From assembly GCA_964010765.1 (NCBI GenBank), contig CAXGMD010000032.1, positions 1-35,337 of the forward strand: a stretch of DNA of 35,337 nt, read 5' to 3'. Of the stretch, positions 29,096-35,337 are shown in pieces. Position 1 is the stretch's first letter; the number at the start of each line of letters is the position of its first letter. A program made the translations under genes and the position numbers. A model generated the notes under the pieces. The model was not told the DNA's origin. It did no database searches and saw only the letters and a list, made by a program, of their open reading frames with translations. The stretch comes from an uncultured bacterium (GTDB lineage Bacteria > SAR324 > NAC60-12).

Positions 29096-30457
29096 TCAGT
29101 TAATCTGAGCCAATTCCTGGTTCATGAGCTGGACAGTTGCTGTGGCACTGCGCTCTCCGTCAATGAACTCTCGTACCAAGCGGTTGAGCACCTTGGCGTT
29201 GACGATTCGTGAAGCCAAAGCCAACTGTCCCTCACGAACGCCCCAGCGGTTGGCAGTTTCCAGACCGGCTGCAATCGAAGAGATGACTTCTGCTGGATAG
29301 AGATCAGCCAGCGGTGCCTTGCGGTCAACTCCCACAGGTAGTTTGGACCAGGCATCCAAGTAAAGCCCCGGATTCTTGGAATCACCACGGCGAACAGGAA
29401 ACTTCCCTTCTGGGGCGATGCTCAGCGTCTGCACATAGCCGTCTGTCATGCTGAATCGTACAAAGTCCATTGCATTGTCAGTGTCAGCGTCTGCAGTGAT
29501 GCCGAAGTATCGAATATCCGCCCAGGCAGCACCATCAGGATTGGACGGACCAGCTAGAGTAGTGATCACACCCGTCTTGGAGGCAAGTTCCTTACTGGTT
29601 GGGTCACTGTTGATGGTAGGCGGAGCGCTGTCGCGCAGTCCAGCCAACTCGTCAAGAATGAAGGGAGACCAAATGATCATGGCCGCTTCGCCTGCGAAAT
29701 ACATTGCCCTGGACTGCTGCCAGTACAATTCTCCTTCAGGAGAGGCATCCTGAATTTTTTTGTAGAAATTCAAGACCTCGACGGTGGCCTTCTCATCAAG
29801 TTCCTGTAGTCCTTGTTGGTTCACAGGACTCACTCCATTAGATAAGAAGACATGCTCCAACACCTGGCTCATGAAGGCTTCGTCAATCTTGTTTGGCGCC
29901 ACAAAGCCATACATCGAAGGTGGGTTGTGCAGTTTCTCAAGTGCTGCCTCGATGTTGGCATAGCTGTTTGGTGGATTCAGACCATGGGCTTCGAAGAGAT
30001 CTTTACGGTAGACCACCAGCTGTGTCCAGCCATCAACAGGTACAGAGGCATAACCACCACGAATTGCGGCCATGTCCAAGGCACCCGGAGAGAAGGTACT
30101 AGCGCGAAGACCATAAATGACCTCAGTTGCAGCTTCTGTATCTAACAACCCAGACTCCGCCCAAGGCAAAGCATATTGAAGAGGGTGATAGATCACATCT
30201 GGCAGATCACCAGCGGCAAAAGCAGCAGTCGCTCGGGTCCCTAAATCTTTTTCTGAGATGGGAATTACCTCAACGCTCACCCCTGTTTGACTTTTGAAAT
30301 CAGCTGCCATTTGCTCTTGCTTGGCTAGTCGATCTGGTTGTTCTTCAGTGGTCCAAAAGCGCAGGCTCTGAGCGAAGGCTTCTCCACTGAGTAGGAAGGT
30401 TCCTGCCAAAATTGCCAGGGCACTTTGGCTCCCTCTGCGAATCCATGTTTTCATCAT
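29096..30457 (-). CDS. Carbohydrate ABC substrate-binding protein (CUT1)
   Basis: Signal peptide, AAGDLPDV, YRKDLF...GL.PP, F.AGEAAM. Confidence 0.92.
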   Translation of the reverse strand: MMKTWIRRGSQSALAILAGTFLLSGEAFAQSLRFWTTEEQPDRLAKQEQMAADFKSQTGVSVEVIPISEKDLGTRATAAFAAGDLPDVIYHPLQYALPWAESGLLDTEAATEVIYGLRASTFSPGALDMAAIRGGYASVPVDGWTQLVVYRKDLFEAHGLNPPNSYANIEAALEKLHNPPSMYGFVAPNKIDEAFMSQVLEHVFLSNGVSPVNQQGLQELDEKATVEVLNFYKKIQDASPEGELYWQQSRAMYFAGEAAMIIWSPFILDELAGLRDSAPPTINSDPTSKELASKTGVITTLAGPSNPDGAAWADIRYFGITADADTDNAMDFVRFSMTDGYVQTLSIAPEGKFPVRRGDSKNPGLYLDAWSKLPVGVDRKAPLADLYPAEVISSIAAGLETANRWGVREGQLALASRIVNAKVLNRLVREFIDGERSATATVQLMNQELAQIN

Positions 30458-30619
30458 GTTACTCTCTCAAGAGGTGTTTAGGGTCAACTTAGACCCAGTC
30501 AGAGATCTCTCCGCTATACTCCTGAATGATTACGGAGAGCACGATTGTTCGTTGCTTGGTCAACGAAGCACGAACAGAGAATTAGAGCCCAATGGCTCTA
30601 AGACATCATTAGCCACTTG

Positions 30620-31735
30620 TCAGTTTCTCAACGATTTTTCAGTCATTCTGTGAAGTTTCTCCTGAGATGACAGCAGCCGTTTACGATTACGGATGAAAGT
30701 CGCCAATTCAGTGGAGTTGAAACGGACTGGCCCATCAGAGCCCCGCTCCAGCAACACCGCCATGGTCAGCGTTCCAGAAACCTTGGCCCCTTTTTCGTGG
30801 ATTAACTGCATCAATTTGACTCCACATTGGAAGCCGGCCTCATATTGATCCACTTCAAAAGTGGTCAAACCCGGTTCGCTGAAGTCTCCCTCTGGAATTC
30901 CTTCGTATCCGATCACGGAAACATGCTCACCAGGGATCAAGCCCAGTTGCTTTGTAGCTCGAATGACTCCAAGTGCAGAGAGGTCCAAGGCACAAAGGAA
31001 ACCCGTTGGAGGTTGTGGGGATTTCAGCAATCTTATCGCGCACTCCAACCCATCTGGCACCGTGGTGATGTTCTCAAAAATTTGCAGTTGAACTTCCTCT
31101 CGTTCGAATTCCTGGATGCCGAGTTCCACACCCTTTCTACGGAGGCTGTTATAAAATAGCGGAGCATCCCCTCCCAGAAATGCTAAGTGTCGGTGCCCAA
31201 AAGCCAATAAGCGGGCTGTTGCTCTGCGGAAGCACTCGACCTGATTGATATCAAACCAGGAGTACTGGGTTAGGTTCTCTGTTTGTCCATAAAGCACTAG
31301 AGGAGCCTTCAATTGATCAAGGATCTGAATGCGTGGATCGTCATGCATCGTTCTAGGCAGGATGAAGCCATCGACCTTGCGTTGAACAAACAGATCACGA
31401 TGAAGCTCAACCATTTCTGCATCAGATTGTGCAGTTGCCACCGTCAATGTATAGCCCTGCTTGGCAATCGAAGTGGAGATCCCATTGATGAACTGCATTA
31501 AGAATGGACGACTCGCAGCCCGAGATTTTGGCAGCAGGATCAAGCCAACTGAGCGAGCCAAACCCGTTTTGATTCCCTGGGCTACCGCGGAGGGTTGATA
31601 GCCTAATTTCTTTGCAGCTTGCTGAACTCGCGCTACCGTCGAGGCAGAAACATCAGCGTAGCCCCGTAGTGCTCGGGAAACCGTCCCTTTAGAAATCCCT
31701 AAATGATCTGCAAGATCTTGAATGGTGACTTTCAT
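30620..31735 (-). CDS. LacI-family transcriptional regulator
   Basis: TIQDLA..LGISKGTVSRAL HTH, LGYQPS..A, VSVIGY. Confidence 0.94.
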   Translation of the reverse strand: MKVTIQDLADHLGISKGTVSRALRGYADVSASTVARVQQAAKKLGYQPSAVAQGIKTGLARSVGLILLPKSRAASRPFLMQFINGISTSIAKQGYTLTVATAQSDAEMVELHRDLFVQRKVDGFILPRTMHDDPRIQILDQLKAPLVLYGQTENLTQYSWFDINQVECFRRATARLLAFGHRHLAFLGGDAPLFYNSLRRKGVELGIQEFEREEVQLQIFENITTVPDGLECAIRLLKSPQPPTGFLCALDLSALGVIRATKQLGLIPGEHVSVIGYEGIPEGDFSEPGLTTFEVDQYEAGFQCGVKLMQLIHEKGAKVSGTLTMAVLLERGSDGPVRFNSTELATFIRNRKRLLSSQEKLHRMTEKSLRN

Positions 31736-31753
31736 AATCGCTAATTGAGTTGC

Positions 31754-31767
31754 CGAAACCGGTTTCG
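31754..31767. promoter_or_regulatory. LacI-type operator 1 (CGAAACCGGTTTCG)
   Basis: Perfect 14-bp palindrome with central CG, just upstream of the LacI gene. Confidence 0.8.
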
Positions 31768-31781
31768 TGAAAAGTGACTTC

Positions 31782-31795
31782 CAAAACCGGTTTTG
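31782..31795. promoter_or_regulatory. LacI-type operator 2 (CAAAACCGGTTTTG)
   Basis: Perfect 14-bp palindrome overlapping a minus-strand TTGACA at 31794-31799. Confidence 0.8.
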
Positions 31796-31889
31796 TCAAC
31801 CAAAAAAATCATAAAAGTGAAAAAGTTTATTTACGGATTTAAGCTAAAGATCTGCTAGCTTTTGAAATTGTGGAGATCTGCTAAAAGGG

Positions 31890-32720
31890 CTATGGACTCT
31901 TGGGAGAGCTGGTAGCGGGTTTGGTTTCCTCGTTCTCTTTGGGTTCCTCCTTCGATTCTTTTGCACTCAAAGTAGGCTCAGGTAAATTTCTTCTTGTTTC
32001 GAAGTAAGCAGAGGCAATGATTCCCGAGGGTACCGCAAAGACACCGATACCGAGAAGTGCTACGAGAGAGCCCAACAATTGTCCAAGGAAACTCGTTGGG
32101 GTAGCTCCACCAAATCCTGCTGTAAATGGCGTGCTGACAGCCCAAGACATAACTCTGAGAATGCTTCCAAACGCATCTGGATTTTCATGACGTTCTGCAT
32201 AGTACATCATGCTGGATACGACAAAGAGCAGGCAAATCATCACAATCAGTGACTTAATGATTTCCAGTAATTTTTCTCTGAGTGTTCGCTTGAGATCATC
32301 AAAGGCCCTGGCGTAATGAAATCGCCGATAGATGCGAAGCAAGCGAAGTATTCGTAAAAACCGTATATCGGCAATGCCGTGCAGAAAAAAAGGTAGAATT
32401 GCCAAGAAGTCCATCAAGGCATAGGGGGTCAGTAGGTAGCGGATGCGCCCATGCTGACTAGCAAACTTTGTAACTGCAGGGCAGGCGTAGAGTCGAAGCA
32501 AAAATTCTAAGGTAAAAATAGTGACGGAAAAGGCATCAAACCAGAAGAAGGTGTCCCCGTATTCTGCTTCAAACTCACTGTCCGTTTCCAGTACGTAGAT
32601 CAGCAGGTCTAGTCCGATCAGGACAATTACCAGCCGATCCACCCACTTGCCAACGGGGGTCTCATGGTTTTCCAGGATTCTCCAGATCAGTTGCTGCCGC
32701 TTTTTGACTTCTTCATCCAT
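31890..32720 (-). CDS. 6-TM voltage-gated K+ channel-like protein with a degenerate filter (TAGFGG)
   Basis: S4 RFLRILRLLRIYR, MYYAE...P..FGSI, pore region WAVSTPFTAGFGGATP. ATG 32720 follows GAGGA. Confidence 0.85.
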   Translation of the reverse strand: MDEEVKKRQQLIWRILENHETPVGKWVDRLVIVLIGLDLLIYVLETDSEFEAEYGDTFFWFDAFSVTIFTLEFLLRLYACPAVTKFASQHGRIRYLLTPYALMDFLAILPFFLHGIADIRFLRILRLLRIYRRFHYARAFDDLKRTLREKLLEIIKSLIVMICLLFVVSSMMYYAERHENPDAFGSILRVMSWAVSTPFTAGFGGATPTSFLGQLLGSLVALLGIGVFAVPSGIIASAYFETRRNLPEPTLSAKESKEEPKENEETKPATSSPKSP

Positions 32721-32754
32721 CGTCAATTCCTCTACTGATTGTTGGCGATCTATT

Positions 32755-33470
32755 TCAATCTAGTGTTTGTCCACAGTGTCCACAGATTTTCTGGGAGGTC
32801 TTCTCTGAGGTTTTGGTAGATTCGACAGGTTCATGTGACTCTGCAAAGCCTGCAGCCAGAATTCCAGTAGGAATCGCAAACAGACCAATCCCAATGATGG
32901 CTGAAGTGGCTCCTAGGAAGCGACCCAGAGTAGTAATCGGAGTCACATCCCCATAACCCACAGTGGTCAGTGTAGCGACTGCCCACCAAATGGACTCGAC
33001 GATGCTACCAAATTTATCGGGTTGTGCTTCGTGCTCTGCATAGTACATCAGGGTTGAGGTGAAAAAGAGCAGGGAGAGCATCACGATCAGCGAAGAGAGC
33101 AACTCTTCTGATTTGCCAGCAAAAATCTTGGTCAACCTTTGTAGAGACCGTGAGTAGTGGAAGCCTTTCAAAAATCGCAGGACCCTGAGGATTCTCAAGA
33201 AACGAGCCTCGAAGGCAAAGAAGCTAAAGATCAATTGCAGATAGAAAGGCAGAATTGCCAATAAATCGACCAATCCATGCAGAGAGAATAGGTAGCGTAA
33301 CCTTCCAAACTTGCCGGAAAATCGCTGTTCTGATGGACAAGCATAGAGTCGAGCAGCCAATTCAACCGTAAAAATGCCAATGGAAATTGCGTCAAAGGTG
33401 CGGAACCAATGACCGAATTCGGCAGCAAGATCAGGATCAGTTTCCAAAACGAAGGCAATCAGGTTCAGAC
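32755..33470 (-). pseudogene. 6-TM voltage-gated K+ channel with canonical TVGYGD filter, 5'-truncated within S1
   Basis: WWAVATLTTVGYGDVTP, S4 repeat, C-terminal CGHCG. The frame extends upstream as LNLIAFVLETD to about 33470 and then runs into unrelated sequence and a stop. Confidence 0.82.
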
Positions 33471-34727
33471 GAATTCATCTTCGCACCCAGTACCCTGACC
33501 TTCACGACAAGTGACTGGAACACGGCCCAAACCGTTTATGTCTTTGGCGGTCTTCAAGATAATACAACCGATGTTGGCACGACAGAGACTTTGACACTGA
33601 CTGCCAGTTCCTCGGATGGGGGCTACCATGGCATGACAAAGACTGTAACGGTCAACATCACAGATCAGGACCCACCGTACCCGCTGAGCCAACCAAATCT
33701 GACAGGCGCCACAGGTGCTCTTCAACAAGTATCTCTGTCGTGGAATGCAGTGACGCGAGCGGACTACTACCGGATTTTCTGGAAGAAAGATGCAACCAAC
33801 AACTACGATGGCTTTGATGTCAATGACAACAACACCTACGACGGGGTGATCAGTGTTGGCAATGTGACGAGCTATGTTCATGCGGGTCTGTCATCAGGCA
33901 ATCCCTACCACTACACGATTGTTGCGGGCAAGGTCGGCTACGAACACGCCGAAACTGCTAGAAGTAATTCAAGGCAGGCAAGCTCAGTGACTGATTTTAC
34001 CACTGAAACGTTGGGGACAGACAATGATGCAGATCTAGTGGTCTATTATGACTTTGATTCAGGTGGTAGTGGATATCTGGCGAACAAGTCTCCCAACACA
34101 GGTGGTGCCTATAACTTGACAGCAGTTGGTTCTGAGATTGTAGTTGCTGGATCACGCTTCACTGGCAACACGGCAGCATATTTTGATGCCGCAGAGGGCT
34201 ATGCCTTTGCCAATGATGTGAACGACTCGAACATCACCGAACTTTCCAATACAGGCAACTTTACAATCGCAGTTTGGATTTATCCTGATCAGGACATGAG
34301 TAACTTCAGTTCTATCATGAGTACAGGTGATCAGGCCGGGAAAAACGCAGGAGCATTTCAGATTTCCCAGATAAGTTCTTCTCCTAATCCCAACAAGATT
34401 GGCATGTACGCACAAAACACTGATATCAAGCTAGAAGGCCCAACCATTCTGGACAACACTTGGTATCACGTGGTCTTCACGAAAGAGCAGAATGGTGTGG
34501 ATAATGGGACAGGAACTTTCTATGTGAATGGAGTGCAAGCGGACAATGAGACGAATTTCAAGACAGGCTTCTTAAAGCTGAAGATTGGCATCAACCGAGT
34601 CAGCCAGAACAACTGGAAAGGCTACATTGATGAGTTCAAGATCTACAAGCGAGCGTTGGACAGCACGGATGTCTGCGATCTCTTCAAAAACGATGGTCCC
34701 CTCAATGATGGTGCGACTTGCCCTTGA
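33465..34727 (+). pseudogene. C-terminal part of a surface/adhesin-like protein: Ig/cadherin-like + fibronectin III + LamG domains, 5'-truncated
   Basis: P.TLTFT..DWNTAQTV; VSLSWNAV..A..Y.I.W...SYVH.GL..G..Y.Y; LVVYYDFD...FTIAVWI...WYHVV...YVNG...G.IDEFKIY.RAL. No signal peptide. The ORF-track N-terminus is antisense channel DNA. Confidence 0.8.
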
Positions 34728-34760
34728 TCCCAGCCATTGCATGTTGCCTTCTCCCTGAGG

Positions 34761-34778
34761 CATGAGTATCTACACATC
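34761..34778. repeat. Putative IS terminal inverted repeat
   Basis: CATGAGTATCTACACATC overlaps the transposase stop. The partner end is outside the window. Confidence 0.6.
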
Positions 34779-35337
34779 CTTGGAGCAGAGGTTTTGAGCG
34801 ATTTTTCGAAAACGCTCTAGTTCGTGTGGAGAATAACTCTGCATGAGTTCGAACAGGGAGAGGAACACCCAGAGTCCGGCCAATAAAGCCGGATGGGTGA
34901 CGGTCTGCTGATGTCGCATTTGTCGTCCACTAAGTTTGACCAAAAACCCTCTGAGTTCGGCAACCTCCTGGCTTTCGTCGGCAGCAATGGCCCAGACGGT
35001 CACACAAGCCATGCTGGCAACCAATCAGCGTTTGGCAATCGCTAGGGCCGATTCCTGTTGCCACGCTTCCAGTTGGTGACCAGCCGATTTCATGAGTTTG
35101 AAGAACGTCTCGATTTTCCAGCGCCAGTAATACCAAAGCGCAATCGTCGAGGCATCGATGTCTTTTACATTGCTCAGCAACAACCATTCGGCCTCGACCT
35201 CTCCGAGGTTGGACAAGATGCGAGATACCACCAGGCGAGCCATCACGGGGGGCCCCGGAACGGGCGTTCTTTTGCCGTTCTTTGAATAGGGTTTGGCTGG
35301 CCGACGAAGGGTCACCTCGGCTTCGGCAATCCATAGC
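34761..35337 (-). mobile_element. 3' end of an IS4-family insertion sequence with a nonsense-interrupted transposase
   Basis: Y..RW.IE.FFK..KS motif; in-frame TGA at 35025-35027 (KR*LVAS); end sequence CATGAGTATCTACACATC resembling IS50-type ends. Continues off the window. Confidence 0.88.

Noticed and set aside
31848..31883. Direct repeat AGATCTGCTA twice
   Set aside because: Only two 10-bp copies, with no array or element associated.
33387..33464. ORF-track N-terminus of the 446-aa protein
   Set aside because: It is the antisense of the channel gene, not a real start or signal peptide.
33471..33476. EcoRI site GAATTC at the channel/adhesin junction as a cloning chimera
   Set aside because: The site occurs many times in the window and the junction cannot be placed exactly on it. 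It may be coincidence.
35025..35027. In-frame TGA in the transposase as selenocysteine or programmed readthrough
   Set aside because: The context (KR*LVAS) suggests a hydrophobic residue such as Leu. A simple nonsense mutation in a decaying IS is more likely.
306..35334. Many short ORFs of 60-140 aa antisense to or overlapping the main genes
   Set aside because: They lie within well-supported genes, show no motifs or RBS, and are best explained as shadow ORFs.
1..35337. CRISPR arrays, tRNA/rRNA genes, prophage or anti-phage defence genes
   Set aside because: No regularly spaced repeats, RNA-gene signatures or recognisable phage/defence proteins were seen. The intergenic gaps are short.

Overview
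Gene-dense window from a Gram-negative bacterium. The transporter-rich content suggests a marine heterotroph or mixotroph, possibly SAR324-like, but that taxonomy is inference only. From left to right it holds: a TRAP transporter (dctPQM, dctM cut by the window edge); an AT-rich island with a small secreted beta-barrel-like protein (split by a 1-nt frameshift), an MMPL/RND transporter, a LolA-like protein and an outer-membrane barrel; an orphan chemoreceptor with a His-rich membrane sensor, divergent from a SCO copper chaperone; a second AT-rich island for sugar uptake and oxidation (FadR/GntR regulator with a homopolymer frameshift, HpcH aldolase, CUT2 ABC transporter, Gfo/Idh/MocA dehydrogenase, SMP-30 lactonase) next to a D-2-hydroxyacid dehydrogenase; a detox-type cluster (SMR, GST, fluoroacetate dehalogenase, Bcr/CflA MFS); a secreted DsrE protein; an AEC transporter; a LacI-controlled CUT1 ABC operon with two perfect operators; tandem K+ channel paralogues, one with a degenerate filter; an abrupt junction into a 5'-truncated Ig-FN3-LamG surface protein; and an IS4-family transposase pseudogene. 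No rRNA, tRNA or CRISPR array was seen. The best candidates for undescribed systems are the His-rich chemoreceptor + SCO pair, the four-gene MMPL/LolA-like/OMP module and the canonical + degenerate channel pair.
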